Origin: Leptolyngbyaceae cyanobacterium
Lineage (GTDB): Bacteria; Cyanobacteriota; Cyanobacteriia; Phormidesmidales; Phormidesmidaceae
Length of the DNA stretch: 64,000 nucleotides
NCBI GenBank assembly: GCA_965263355.1
Contig: CBDHHL010000032.1
Location: forward strand, 3,392,001 to 3,456,000
Reading direction: 5' to 3'
Shown here: one piece after another, positions 31,562 to 42,261 of the stretch
How positions within the stretch are numbered: position 1 is the stretch's first letter
How the letters are laid out: each line of letters opens with the position of its first letter
The notes under the pieces: generated by a model
What the model was told of the DNA's origin: nothing
Databases searched by the model: none
The model's input: the letters and a program-made list of their open reading frames with translations, nothing else
Position numbers and translations under genes: made by a program

Positions 31562-33070
31562 TTAGATCGAAACGCCGAGTGCTAGCAATTGAGCTTGAGC
31601 CTTTTGCAATGATTCCAACCATTCTTGATGGGGATTACTGTCCGCAACGATGCCTGCACCTACTTGCCCCCAAACAGTGTGGCTATTTGATCCTGTGGGC
31701 GTTAACAGTAACGTGCGAATCAATATATTTAAATCTAGCTGTCCTCGCCGATCTAAATATCCACAGGAGCCGTAAAATAAGCTGCGGCGTAAAGGCTCTA
31801 GGGTTTCAATGATTTCCATGCAGCGTACTTTGGGGCAGCCCGTAATGGTACCTCCAGGAAACGTAGCTCGAATCAGATCAATGGCATTGAGGTTGGGGCG
31901 TAGGGTACCAATGACATTGCTAACCAGATGCATGACATGACTATAGCGTTCGATCACCATTAGCTCATTCACTTGAATGGAACCCCAGTTACAAACTCGC
32001 CCGAGATCGTTGCGTTCTAGATCAACGAGCATAATATGTTCTGCCTGTTCTTTTTGGTTTGTTAATAAGGTTTGGGCAAATTTTTGATCAGTTGCTGATG
32101 TGGTACCACGGGGTCTAGTGCCAGCAATGGGGCGAGTTTGGGCAGTTTGTTGTTGAAGTTGTACAAGCCGCTCGGGTGAACAACTAATTACATGTCCCCA
32201 GGGTGTGCGCCAGTAACTGGAAAATGGAGAGGGATTAATGTGATTTAGCTGACGATATAAATCCCAAGGAGATCTGTTGGTTTCAGTTTGAAACCGGAGG
32301 GAAAGATTGACCTGAAAGACATCCCCTGCATGAATATGGTCTTTGGCTTGTTGTACAGTCGTTTCAAATTGGGTTTGCTCGGAGCATAGCGTGACTTTAG
32401 GGGATATCTTGGTAACCCTGGGCGCTGTGGCATAGGTCTGTGGATGTTTTAGCCGTTGCACCATCCTGTCCATGTCTGTTTGGCAAAGAGCAGCTAACCA
32501 CAGATGCTGTTGTTGATGATCCAGGATGGCGAACTGTTCGGGTTCGTACCAATAGGCCACTGGAAAGGGTAGGGCATCGTCTCTGAGATAGGGGAGAGTT
32601 TCTATTTCCCACGCGGTATCAAACCCCAACCAGCCTAACCAGCCACCAATAAAGGGCAGGTGCTTGGGAGGTGTCTCCGATGATGTGGATATATCCGATG
32701 ATGTGGATATATCCGATGATGTGGATATATCCGATGATGTGGATATATCCGATGATGTGGATATAATTGAGTCCGAATCTTGACCTCGTAGTAATTTCTC
32801 TAGGGTGGGTAAAATCTCACCGATGGCGGGGGTAAAAATTTGAAGCTGGCCGTTTATTTGTCGAGGCCCCCCAGCGCATAGAGAATAACGAATTAAATCT
32901 TGTGGGGCTCCATCGACCCGATCAGGACTTTCTAGCAGAGTTGCGATCTCAGACGAACAAAACAGTGCTGCAAATACATCAGTGCCACTACGGTGCTCGA
33001 GATCGAGTCGGTGCCAGTACCTAGGCAATAAATGTTGCTGGGTATGCGACTGTGGAGATGAAAGGATCAA
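31562..33070 (-). CDS. anthranilate synthase component I / aminodeoxychorismate synthase (PabB-like)
   Basis: SPERL, PIAGTRPRG, AEHIMLVDLERNDLG and FPGGTITGCPK. Confidence 0.9.
   Translation of the reverse strand: MILSSPQSHTQQHLLPRYWHRLDLEHRSGTDVFAALFCSSEIATLLESPDRVDGAPQDLIRYSLCAGGPRQINGQLQIFTPAIGEILPTLEKLLRGQDSDSIISTSSDISTSSDISTSSDISTSSDISTSSETPPKHLPFIGGWLGWLGFDTAWEIETLPYLRDDALPFPVAYWYEPEQFAILDHQQQHLWLAALCQTDMDRMVQRLKHPQTYATAPRVTKISPKVTLCSEQTQFETTVQQAKDHIHAGDVFQVNLSLRFQTETNRSPWDLYRQLNHINPSPFSSYWRTPWGHVISCSPERLVQLQQQTAQTRPIAGTRPRGTTSATDQKFAQTLLTNQKEQAEHIMLVDLERNDLGRVCNWGSIQVNELMVIERYSHVMHLVSNVIGTLRPNLNAIDLIRATFPGGTITGCPKVRCMEIIETLEPLRRSLFYGSCGYLDRRGQLDLNILIRTLLLTPTGSNSHTVWGQVGAGIVADSNPHQEWLESLQKAQAQLLALGVSI
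32676..32765. repeat. in-frame 18-bp tandem repeat, 5 copies
   Basis: (TCCGATGATGTGGATATA)5, encoding (ISTSSD/E)5. Confidence 0.95.
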
Positions 33071-33121
33071 TGGGAAATAGGTGATGAGAAATGGGTAAAA
33101 CTGTAGGATGAAATTAAAAAT

Positions 33122-34033
33122 TTATGTTGGATTACCTAGCGCCAAACGTCCCCACCAAAAGAAAACCAGACTGATCAGAAAGACCCAATCCCACCAGCGC
33201 AGCTGTAGCTGATGCCACTGAACCTGGTGATTGTCTGGGCTAGTAAAGCCACGTACCTTCATCGCCCCAGCAATCTGCTGTGCCCGCAACAGTAGGTTAT
33301 CCAACAACCGCTCTGCCACCATTAGCCAAATTTGACTAGCATGACGCCAGCCTAATTTACGCCAATTAATTGCACGGGTTCGTACGGAGCGCACAAGGTT
33401 TTGCACTTCTTCTAAGACCAGGGGAATAAAACGAAGCGCGAGGGTCAGGGTCAAGGCAATTTCAGTTACCGGTAACTTAAACCAACGCAGAGGCGACATC
33501 AGCTCTTCGAGGGCTGCAGTGATTTCTTCAGGAGCCGTAGTCAGTAGAAATAAATTGGTACTGTAAATCAAGGTGAATAGCAGTGTACCCACCTTGATTG
33601 CTAGTTTTCGTGACTTTTGCGTGATATGTACCCAATGTAAATCGGCGATCACATAGTGATAGTTGGTGTCTGGTAATGTTCCTACAGTCTCAAAGGGATC
33701 GTCAAGGGTGGCAAGCTGATCTGGCGTCGGCCATCGAGGTTCGGTAATGACGGCAATTCCATCCGGCATTACTAAAATTAGCAAGGATGCCAGAGTAAAA
33801 AGAATTAGCAATCCCCCCATCTGCTGCCGCCACACTCGCCAGGGAATTCTTGCCGTTAACGTTATTCCCATCAACACGAGTACGAGGGCAATGCGCCAAG
33901 TCGTGCTTGCCAAAACTGGTGTTAACAAAAAACTCAGCAACCATGCCAGTTTTACCCGTGCATCAATGCGATGCAGCCAGGTGATTGGCTGTTCCAGGTA
34001 TAAACCGATGGGTAGGGAACGGAGTAGATCCAT
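33122..34033 (-). CDS. energy-coupling factor transporter T component (CbiQ/EcfT)
   Basis: LHRIDARVKL, TTAPEEI, LALRFIP and AMKVRGF. Confidence 0.9.
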   Translation of the reverse strand: MDLLRSLPIGLYLEQPITWLHRIDARVKLAWLLSFLLTPVLASTTWRIALVLVLMGITLTARIPWRVWRQQMGGLLILFTLASLLILVMPDGIAVITEPRWPTPDQLATLDDPFETVGTLPDTNYHYVIADLHWVHITQKSRKLAIKVGTLLFTLIYSTNLFLLTTAPEEITAALEELMSPLRWFKLPVTEIALTLTLALRFIPLVLEEVQNLVRSVRTRAINWRKLGWRHASQIWLMVAERLLDNLLLRAQQIAGAMKVRGFTSPDNHQVQWHQLQLRWWDWVFLISLVFFWWGRLALGNPT

Positions 34034-34038
34034 TGTGG

Positions 34039-35400
34039 TTAAACCTTCGTTGCTCGATTAGGACTTTCTCGGTCGAGATCGCGGATTTTCTTGCCGCGCC
34101 ATAACAGACGAATAGGCGTGCCTTCATAGCCGAGGTTTTCACGAAACTGACGTTCTATATATCGACGATAGTTGTCGGTAAATAGCTTGGCTGAATTAAC
34201 GAATAACGTAAATGTGGGTGGCCGGACACTAACCTGGGTGCCGTAGTAGATACGTCCCTGTTTACCCTGGCGGGTAGTTGGTGGCGAATGCCAGCTGATA
34301 GCGTCTTCAAGCACCTCATTCACCACAGCGGTGCTAACACGACGGCGGTGTTGCTCTACTGCCTGATCAACGGCATCTAAAATCTTAGGAACTCTCTGGC
34401 CAGTAAGGGCGCTGACATAGATCCGTGTGGCCCAGTCTAAAAAGTAAATTTTGCCCCCCAGCTTTTTGTCGTACTCGTAAATGGTGTGGCTATCTTTTTC
34501 AATGGCATCCCACTTATTTACCACAATGATGCAGGCGCGACCTTCGTCTTCAATGCGACCTGCCAACTTTTGGTCTTGTTCAGTCATGCCATCCAGGGCA
34601 TCGATTACTAATAGCACTACATCGGCCCGACGAATGGCCTTAAATGAGCGGTTGATGCTGAAAAATTCAGGTCCATAATCAACGTTTTTCTTTTTGCGAA
34701 TCCCAGCGGTATCAATTAGGCGATAAACAGTTTCTTTGCGGCGTACCACCATGTCGATGGTGTCGCGAGTGGTACCCGATACGTTGCTAACAATGGCCCG
34801 ATTTTCACCAACAAACGCATTGAGCAAACTGGATTTCCCGACATTGGGACGACCCACAATGGCTACCTTGATTTCATCGTCCTCTTCAAGGTCATCGGTG
34901 GAGGGTAGGTGGTTCACCAGCTCGTCCAGCAGATCCCCAGTGCCGTTGCCGTGAATGCCTGATACTGCATGGGGTTCGCCGAAACCCAGTTCCCAAAACT
35001 CAGCGGCCTGGATCAGCCCTTGATCCTCAGACTCACATTTATTGACGGCCAGTAATACGGGGACCGACTGCTGCCGTAGCCAGGAGGCAATTTCGCGATC
35101 GCTTTCGTTCAAGCCTTCTTGACCATCGACAACAAACACGGCAGCTTTAGCTTCAGCCAGGGCAAGCATGGCCTGTTCACGGATGTGGGGTAAAAATTCA
35201 GAGTCGTCGTCAAACACCAGGCCACCGGTATCGACGACCATAAAGTCGCGATCTTGCCAGAAGGCGGGTTGGTAGGTGCGATCGCGAGTCACCCCTGGCT
35301 GGTCATAGACAATCGCCTCCCGTGCCCCAGCCAAACGATTGACCAGGGTGGATTTGCCCACATTGGGACGACCAATAATTGCAACAACGGGCAAAGCCAT
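34039..35400 (-). CDS. der: ribosome biogenesis GTPase Der/EngA
   Basis: Two GRPNVGKS G-domains and a KH-like C-terminus. Start placed at MALPVVA. Confidence 0.97.
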   Translation of the reverse strand: MALPVVAIIGRPNVGKSTLVNRLAGAREAIVYDQPGVTRDRTYQPAFWQDRDFMVVDTGGLVFDDDSEFLPHIREQAMLALAEAKAAVFVVDGQEGLNESDREIASWLRQQSVPVLLAVNKCESEDQGLIQAAEFWELGFGEPHAVSGIHGNGTGDLLDELVNHLPSTDDLEEDDEIKVAIVGRPNVGKSSLLNAFVGENRAIVSNVSGTTRDTIDMVVRRKETVYRLIDTAGIRKKKNVDYGPEFFSINRSFKAIRRADVVLLVIDALDGMTEQDQKLAGRIEDEGRACIIVVNKWDAIEKDSHTIYEYDKKLGGKIYFLDWATRIYVSALTGQRVPKILDAVDQAVEQHRRRVSTAVVNEVLEDAISWHSPPTTRQGKQGRIYYGTQVSVRPPTFTLFVNSAKLFTDNYRRYIERQFRENLGYEGTPIRLLWRGKKIRDLDRESPNRATKV

Positions 35401-35518
35401 GGGAAATCGGTAAATAACGAGCAGACGACCATTGTAACAATTTGTGCCAGATGGCGACTTTTCCTTTCCTTTGGACTTTGTTTCTATTTTGTACAATGGC
35501 AGCATCAATGCCTAGGGC

Positions 35519-36492
35519 TTGCCTATGACTTTACCCACTGGCCATTCCATACCCCAAATGCAGCCACCCCTCTCCCCCCGCGAAACGCTGCCTACCATGT
35601 ATGACCTGCCCAGCGAATTCCCTGAGGAGCCCGGTTTGCCTGACGAATTTCATGATTACCAACCCCAGCTTTTGAGCCGCACCCTATCCCTAGATGTCTG
35701 TGCTGCCGATAATCGCTTCACTGGGACAGATATTAATGTTTACTATGATGTTCACCATCCCCTGTGGCACAAGCGTCCGGATTGGTTTTTGGCACTGAAC
35801 GTTCCCCGTCTATATGATGGCCATGACTTACGCCAGAGCTATGTGGTTTGGCAAGAAGGACAGGCACCCACCATTGTGGTTGAGTTTCTCTCCCCCAAGA
35901 CTGAAAAGGAAGATTTGGGGCGGTTTTACAGGGAAAGCGACTTGATTGAAGACAGCAGTCCAGACCCCGTAGAAGCATCTCAGAACGGTTCAAAGCAAAA
36001 GCCTCCAGCTAAGTTTATTGTCTATGAGCGCTATCTGCGAGTGCCCCATTACCTCGTCTACAGTCGCTACACCAAGCGATTACGCTACTTCAAGCTAGTG
36101 GGCGTTCGCTATGAAGAGCAAACAGTGCAATCTGAGACACCCATGATTTGGTTTGAGGATCTCAACATTGGCTTAGGACTATGGGAAGGGTATTTTGAAG
36201 GTCTGCCTGAGTCCTGGTTACGGTGGTGTGATGCCCATGGAAACTGGTATTTCACTGACACCGAAAAAGCAGAAGCTGACAAGGCACAAGCAGAAGCTGA
36301 CAAGGCACAAGCAGAAGCTGACAAGGCACAAGCAGAAGCTGACAAGGCACAAGCAGAAGCTGAGAAGCTGACAAGGCACAAGCAGAAGCTGACAAGGCAC
36401 AAGCAGAAGCTGACAAGGCACAAGTACAACAGCAAGCTGAGCGTCTTGCTCAGCGTCTCAGAGAGCTGGGCATCGATCCAGAGTCCATCTAA
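35519..36492 (+). CDS. Uma2/DUF820 endonuclease-fold protein, frameshifted in its C-terminal repeat
   Basis: LPTMYDLPSE, RPDWF, VEFLSP and WLRWCD motifs. The canonical tail AERLAQRLRELGIDP lies out of frame and ends at TAA 36490-92. Confidence 0.85.
36269..36423 (+). repeat. 21-bp tandem repeat, 7 copies, with an 8-nt internal duplication
   Basis: GCAGAAGCTGACAAGGCACAA units, with an extra AGAAGCTG in the fifth unit. Confidence 0.95.
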
Positions 36493-36510
36493 ATGTTCAA
36501 ATCATGCAAA

Positions 36511-37191
36511 TCAAAGCACGGCTTGCATGTCTGTTTTGGCTTCGCGACGGAGCTGTTTAGAAATGCGAAATAACTCCTGACCCGTATGCAGATAGCTATC
36601 GTCATAGGTGTAAGTAAAGCGTTCGATTTCTTCGATACCATCTTCTAGCTGATTGAGGCAGTAGTAGATATTGGCGGCTACGCTTGCTGCTTGGGATGGA
36701 TTGGGCATGGACTTGAATTTCTGTTTTGCTTTTTCCAGGGCCTCACGACAGTCTTCTAGGTATTCCTGAAATACTTCCATTAGCTCGTCATCAAAGGGAT
36801 CCGCTGATAGTTCGCGCACTTCCGCTTTAAGGGGGCTAATAATTTGGCCTATCAGTCGGTCAATGGGATTGTAAACGCTACGGATCCAGGTGGTGAGAGC
36901 ATCGTCTGCTTTTTTGTTGGCTTTGCGACGTTGCTGGTATTGGGTGTTAAGCTCACTAGAGCGTTGTGCCCTACCAACGTCTCGCTGGGAGTCATAACGT
37001 TTACGTGCGGTGGGATCCCCTAGCACTTCATAGGCGGCATTAATTTCAGAAATCCGCTCATGGTCCCCTTGCCTATCTGCTCGACTATCCGGGTGGTGCT
37101 GCTTGGCCAGGCGGTGATAAGCCCGTTTGATGTCCGCCTGGGAGGCAGACTCATGCAGCTCAAGGATTTTGTAGTGGTTTGCAGTTGCCAT
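36511..37191 (-). CDS. DnaJ-domain protein
   Basis: YKILEL...IKRAY...HPD...INAAYEVLGD. Confidence 0.92.
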   Translation of the reverse strand: MATANHYKILELHESASQADIKRAYHRLAKQHHPDSRADRQGDHERISEINAAYEVLGDPTARKRYDSQRDVGRAQRSSELNTQYQQRRKANKKADDALTTWIRSVYNPIDRLIGQIISPLKAEVRELSADPFDDELMEVFQEYLEDCREALEKAKQKFKSMPNPSQAASVAANIYYCLNQLEDGIEEIERFTYTYDDSYLHTGQELFRISKQLRREAKTDMQAVL

Positions 37192-37510
37192 GACCAGGGG
37201 TTAGAGCAGTCGATATATCAGCCTTGTGGACTATGTTCGCGTCACTATATTTTACGGGCAAAAGTATTGGGGGGAAAGGCAAGGTGAGAGATAGAGGTGA
37301 GTCTTAACCCGCTTGACAAACCGGGCAGTAGTAAAATCGTCGACTATTGGCAAATTCTTTGATAATCGTCGTCTCGCATATACGTCAAGGATGAGCAGCG
37401 CGGCTAAATACCCAGTGACGATACTGAGAGCGCTTTTGACCCTGGGCTTTGAGTTTATTGGCCAGGTCTAAATCGTTGTTAATATGGAGGGCCTTCAGAC
37501 ATGGGGCAAT

Positions 37511-39913
37511 CTATTCTTTATGCCAGAGCTTAATGGTTTTGTCGGAACTGGCGCTGGCCATGTATCGACCGTTGGGATGAATTGCGATCGCAGTCACCGA
37601 ATTACCATGTTCTGAAAACGTTTCCACCAGCTCCCCAGTTTTGGTATCCCAAACCTTGATACAGCTATCACCACCGGCACTAATGACAGTGCGTTGGTTG
37701 GGTGCGATCGCCACTGCATTAACCTCACCCCTATGCCCTTTGAGGGTATGGATTAAATTGCCAGACCGCAGACTCCAAAGCTTAATACATCGATCCTTAC
37801 TGGCACTCACAATCAAGCGACCATCCACACTAATAGCAATATCAGTCACTGAATTTAAGTGCCCCGACAATACACGAAAAACCTCGCCAGTACCCAGCTG
37901 CCAAAGCCTAATCTTATTATCAAAGCCACCGCTGACCACCAACGCTTCATCTGGGGAAATATCGACACAGCGAATCATTCCCGCATTACCTGACAGGACC
38001 TTGGCGAGTTTTCCCTGCTCTAAATTCCACACACCAACGGTACGATCTTCGCTGCCGCTAATCAATAAAGATCCTCGCCGACCGATGGCAATGGATGTCA
38101 CATCATGACGATGCCCCTTAAGTACATGTAAGAGTTGGCCGGTAGCTGTATTCCAAACTCGAATAGTGTCATCATCGCTGCAGCTGGCCAAAACCTGCCC
38201 TCGGGGGCTGAATGCCAAGCCGTTAATACCACGGGCGTGGCCAGTTAGCGACGTCGTTAGCGTGCCAGTTTGAATATCCCAAAGGTTAACTGTGTCATCT
38301 AGTCCGCCGCTAGCAAGTAATCTGTAATGCGGGTTAAATGCCACGGTTGAAACCCAAGAGCTATGACCCTCAAGGGTGTGGGTACATACCCAGTTAGATG
38401 GACCACTGCGAAGGCCCGAGGACTGAGATTTTGTGGGCGAACCGATCATCCCGCTAGTCGAACTACGGTTACCAGACGCCCCTAAGGCTGACGCTCCAGT
38501 GGCAGATCGTCCTAGATTAGTTGGTCCAGATGGTTTACCTGAAATTGGACCAACTAAGCCTTTAGATATAGGCCCTTTGGATATAGGCCCTTTGGATACA
38601 GGGCCTTTGGATACAGGGCCTTTGGATACAGGGCCTGATGGATTGCCTGGGGCTGATCTACCCTGCCCTTTGGATATAGGGCCTTGTGATACAGCTCCAG
38701 AATGTCTTCCTGTTGTCGGTTTGGATTGACCTGTTGATACAGCAGGCCCCGATTGTCGTTTATTGGGGAGGACGGCTCTAGGTTTAGAGATGGGGCTGGG
38801 CTGAGAGACAGAACCAGACTGTCCCGGCTGACTGGGGCGATTGGGTGGAGCAGTGGGAGGATGGTCCTGCCTGAACTCTGGGCTCAGCTCTTGGCTAATT
38901 AGCTGCTCACTTAAATTTCGGCTAACGTTTTGTCCTGTGCTGATGGCATCAGACATCAGACTGGTGTCATCAGGGCGCTGCCGAGTCCATCCAGGGACTG
39001 ACCTTTGATAGGCAGGTAATGCTTCCAATTCCTGGAAAACTTCTGCTGCTGTCCGATAGCGCTCGTTGATAAAATCTTTGAGCATGCGGTCTAAAATGGC
39101 AGCCAGTTCAGGGGTGACGGAACGACCGGCGGCAGCTAAATGCTCCTGCCAGAGCCAACGGCCTTCGAGGGGGCTATACAGTTTTTCTGGTTTGCGCCCC
39201 GTCATTAAACATATGCAAGTTGCCCCGAGGCTATAGAGGTCGCTGGATGGATAGGCTTCCCCGCTACGCAATTGTTCGATGGGTGAATAGCCCTCAGTCC
39301 CAATGCGAGTGCCTGTATGGTCCTTTTTATCCGAGAGCGATACCTGCAACTGCTTAGCGATGCCAAAGTCAATGAGAACAGGTTTATTGTCTTGCTGACG
39401 GCAAATAATATTGGTGGGATTGATATCCCGATGCACCACGTTACGCTCATGGATAAATTGCAGCACAGGCAGCATATGGTGCAATAAGCTACGAATTTTA
39501 GCCTCGTCAAAGGGACCTTCCTTTTTAACCTCCTGTAGCAGGGTGTTACCCTCAATTTCCTGCTGTACCAAATAAAAACTTCCTTGTTGCTCAAAATATG
39601 CCAGTAGCGATGGGATCTGTGGATGCTCTCCCAAATCGTTTAGACGTACAGCTTCTTGATTAAACAGGGTCAATGCCTTATCGAAGGTTTTATTACTAGT
39701 CTGGCGCGCAAATTGTTTGATGACACAGCGCGTATTGAGCCGGTCCACATCCTCAGCCAGGTAAGTTTTACCAAACCCACCTTGTCCCAAGGGCTTAATG
39801 GGGCGGTAGCGATTGCGGAGCAATTCTGTCAGAGGGCTGCCACACGATTGACACACAGTCACCCCGTCAGGGTTTACCGGTACCAAACAATCAGGATTTA
39901 AACAGCAGATCAT
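37511..39913 (-). CDS. Ser/Thr protein kinase with low-complexity linker and WD40 repeats
   Basis: CLNP.C N-terminus, GQGGFG, HRDINP, DFG, GT.GYSP.E, and 7 GH...WD-type repeats. Confidence 0.95.
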   Translation of the reverse strand: MICCLNPDCLVPVNPDGVTVCQSCGSPLTELLRNRYRPIKPLGQGGFGKTYLAEDVDRLNTRCVIKQFARQTSNKTFDKALTLFNQEAVRLNDLGEHPQIPSLLAYFEQQGSFYLVQQEIEGNTLLQEVKKEGPFDEAKIRSLLHHMLPVLQFIHERNVVHRDINPTNIICRQQDNKPVLIDFGIAKQLQVSLSDKKDHTGTRIGTEGYSPIEQLRSGEAYPSSDLYSLGATCICLMTGRKPEKLYSPLEGRWLWQEHLAAAGRSVTPELAAILDRMLKDFINERYRTAAEVFQELEALPAYQRSVPGWTRQRPDDTSLMSDAISTGQNVSRNLSEQLISQELSPEFRQDHPPTAPPNRPSQPGQSGSVSQPSPISKPRAVLPNKRQSGPAVSTGQSKPTTGRHSGAVSQGPISKGQGRSAPGNPSGPVSKGPVSKGPVSKGPISKGPISKGLVGPISGKPSGPTNLGRSATGASALGASGNRSSTSGMIGSPTKSQSSGLRSGPSNWVCTHTLEGHSSWVSTVAFNPHYRLLASGGLDDTVNLWDIQTGTLTTSLTGHARGINGLAFSPRGQVLASCSDDDTIRVWNTATGQLLHVLKGHRHDVTSIAIGRRGSLLISGSEDRTVGVWNLEQGKLAKVLSGNAGMIRCVDISPDEALVVSGGFDNKIRLWQLGTGEVFRVLSGHLNSVTDIAISVDGRLIVSASKDRCIKLWSLRSGNLIHTLKGHRGEVNAVAIAPNQRTVISAGGDSCIKVWDTKTGELVETFSEHGNSVTAIAIHPNGRYMASASSDKTIKLWHKE
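38559..38633. repeat. in-frame 15-bp tandem repeat, 5 copies, in the kinase linker
   Basis: CCTTT(G/A)GATA(C/T)AGG(G/C) units encoding GPVSK/GPISK. Confidence 0.9.
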
Positions 39914-40115
39914 CTCGATAGACAGGACGGCTAGGGGTGACGCAAGTGGGAACGCTATTCTACTTTACCTATCAACCCATCTTTAGAGTGGTTGATTTTC
40001 GTAATGGATTAGGTAATTTCCGAGGTGTCAGCAAATATTGGCCTTAAGTCGTATCATTTCTTCATAAAAACATTACTTCGGCCCTAAAAAGTCAGCCTTT
40101 GCGGATAATAAGGAC

Positions 40116-40188
40116 TTAACTTTGTCCACGTTCAGAATTGGAGTTTTTCCAGTGAGGAATCTACAGGTTTCACCTTGAACGTGGTTTA
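40116..40188. repeat. ~72-bp dispersed inverted-repeat element, copy 3 (compensatory variant)
   Basis: CCACGTTCA...TGAACGTGG arms. The interior matches the other copies. Confidence 0.85.
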
Positions 40189-40224
40189 CAGTGATAAAAA
40201 TCTTTCTACACAACTGACTTTGAA

Positions 40225-41442
40225 ATGACCCTGGCGTCTTCTTCTTCATCTGCTTCTAACGCACACAAAAAATCTAAGGGTCTGCGTCGGGGGGCGATCC
40301 GCCCAGCCAAGGATCTATGTAGTGATTGCGGGCTGTGCGATACCTATTACATTCACTATGTTAAAGAAGCCTGTGCGTTTATCAATCAGCAGATTCCCGA
40401 ATTAGAGGTTCAGAGCCACGGGCGGAGTCGTGACCTGGACCAGGAAAAAGATGTTTATTTTGGTGTCCATCAGCAGATGATGGCTGCGCGTAAGACCATT
40501 CCCCTGGAAGGGGCTCAATGGACTGGCATTGTTAGCTCTATTGCGATTGAAATGCTGAATCGTGGGTTGGTTGAAGGGGTGGTTTGTGTGCAGAACACGC
40601 CAGACGATCGCTTTCAACCGATGCCAGTGATTGCGCGAACGCCTGAGGAGGTAATGGCTGCACGGGTGAATAAGCCAACGTTATCTCCCAATTTGTCGAT
40701 CTTGGAGCAGATTGAACAGTCAGGAATGAAGCGCCTATTAGCGATCGGGGTGGGCTGTCAGATTCAGGCGTTGCGAGCTGTGCAACATGAGCTGGGTTTG
40801 GAAAAACTCTATGTGCTGGGTACTCCCTGTGTTGATAATGTCAGTCGAGCGGGATTACAAAAGTTTCTGGATACCACCAGTCGCTCTCCAGACACAGTGG
40901 TGCATTACGAGTTTATGCAAGATTTTCGGGTGCACTTTAAACACGAAGATGGCTCCATTGAGAAAGTCCCCTTCTTTGGTCTTAAAACTAATCAACTCAA
41001 GGATGTGTTTGCGCCCTCTTGTATGAGTTGTTTTGATTATGTCAATTCTCTCGCGGATCTTGTGGTGGGTTATATGGGGGCTCCCTTTGGTTGGCAGTGG
41101 GTGGTGGTGCGGAATGATACGGGGCAAGAGATGCTGGACCTGGTTACTGATCAGCTAGAGACTCAGCTGGTGATGTCAAAGGGCGATCGCAAACAGGCCG
41201 TGCAAAACAGCATTCCTGCCTATGACAAAGGGATTACCCTACCAATGTGGGCGGCCAAACTTATGGGAGTTGTTATCGAGAAAGTAGGTCCTAAAGGGTT
41301 GGAATATGCTCGCTTCTCTATTGATTCTCACTTCACTCGCAACTATCTCTATGTGAAGCGAAACTACCCTGAAAAGCTTGAAGAGCATGTACCAGACTAT
41401 GCCAAGAAGATTGTGAGTCAGTATCAGTTGCCAGATGAATAA
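40225..41442 (+). CDS. bciB: ferredoxin-dependent 3,8-divinyl chlorophyllide 8-vinyl reductase (FrhB-like)
   Basis: CSDCGLC, GAQWTG, GVGCQ and CMSCFDY, matching the cyanobacterial F420-hydrogenase beta-like family. Confidence 0.88.
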   Translation: MTLASSSSSASNAHKKSKGLRRGAIRPAKDLCSDCGLCDTYYIHYVKEACAFINQQIPELEVQSHGRSRDLDQEKDVYFGVHQQMMAARKTIPLEGAQWTGIVSSIAIEMLNRGLVEGVVCVQNTPDDRFQPMPVIARTPEEVMAARVNKPTLSPNLSILEQIEQSGMKRLLAIGVGCQIQALRAVQHELGLEKLYVLGTPCVDNVSRAGLQKFLDTTSRSPDTVVHYEFMQDFRVHFKHEDGSIEKVPFFGLKTNQLKDVFAPSCMSCFDYVNSLADLVVGYMGAPFGWQWVVVRNDTGQEMLDLVTDQLETQLVMSKGDRKQAVQNSIPAYDKGITLPMWAAKLMGVVIEKVGPKGLEYARFSIDSHFTRNYLYVKRNYPEKLEEHVPDYAKKIVSQYQLPDE

Positions 41443-41451
41443 ACTGCACCA

Positions 41452-42159
41452 ATGAGAATTTTACTGGTTGATGATGAGGTAGAGCTAACTGATCCGTTGA
41501 GTCATGTATTGCAGCGTGAAGGGCATGCGGTAAGGGTAGCCCATGATGGTGAAACGGGCTACAGCCTGGCAGTTGATGATGAATTTGATTTACTGATTCT
41601 AGATTGGATGATGCCGGGGTTGAGTGGTTTAGAGATGTGTCGGCGGTTGCGAGAACACCATCTGACCACGCCAGTTCTCTTTCTCACGGCAAAAGACACC
41701 CTTGATGATCGGGTGGAAGGGCTAGATGCTGGGGCGGACGATTACTTAGTAAAGCCCTTTGAACTGCGCGAGTTATTGGCGCGGGTACGAGCGCTATTAC
41801 GTCGTCCTCCCATTCGAGAAGAGATTTCAGAAACAACACTGCAATATCAAGACTTAATTTTGGATAGTCCCAATCAAATTGCTAAACGCGGCGGCAGATT
41901 GCCCCCTGAGCGCACGATCGAACTATCGGAAAAAGAAGCTCAGATTCTTTGCTATCTGATGCAACATCCAGATCAATTACTCACCCATCAACAGATTTAC
42001 GATGCTGTCTGGGGCACCAGCTCTCAACCCAGCAGTAATGCCCTGGCTGCTCAGATGCGTTTGCTACGACGTAAGGTGGAGCATGATGGCGAAGCAACTT
42101 TGATCCATACGGTTTACGGAAAAGGCTATCGTTTTGGTTCTCCTTCAGACACTATGTGA
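41452..42159 (+). CDS. OmpR-family response regulator (RppA-like)
   Basis: LLVDDE, ILDWMMP, GADDYLVKPF, and winged-helix IHTVYGKGY. Confidence 0.92.
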   Translation: MRILLVDDEVELTDPLSHVLQREGHAVRVAHDGETGYSLAVDDEFDLLILDWMMPGLSGLEMCRRLREHHLTTPVLFLTAKDTLDDRVEGLDAGADDYLVKPFELRELLARVRALLRRPPIREEISETTLQYQDLILDSPNQIAKRGGRLPPERTIELSEKEAQILCYLMQHPDQLLTHQQIYDAVWGTSSQPSSNALAAQMRLLRRKVEHDGEATLIHTVYGKGYRFGSPSDTM

Positions 42160-42261
42160 CAGGCTTGAATTTTGAACTTATGATGTGCATTGTGTGTATG
42201 GAAAGACAACTGTACAAGGTACTCTATATGTAAATTTGTCTGGAACAGATGGCTGCGCTCT

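Noticed and set aside
35401..35508. N-terminal extension of der
   Set aside because: The conserved start [17 protein letters not shown] is at 35400.
36269..36423. Tandem repeats here and at 32676 and 38559 as CRISPR arrays
   Set aside because: The units are contiguous with no unique spacers, they lie in coding frames, and no cas genes are present.
36493..36580. C-terminal part of the 353-aa Uma2 ORF as given in the track
   Set aside because: It is a product of the frameshift and overlaps the convergent dnaJ gene.
37200..37510. Possible promoter or ncRNA (TTGACA near 37313, GACC.TGG/CCAGGTC hairpin)
   Set aside because: The -35/-10 spacing is wrong and no RNA family is recognisable. The hairpin may just be a terminator.
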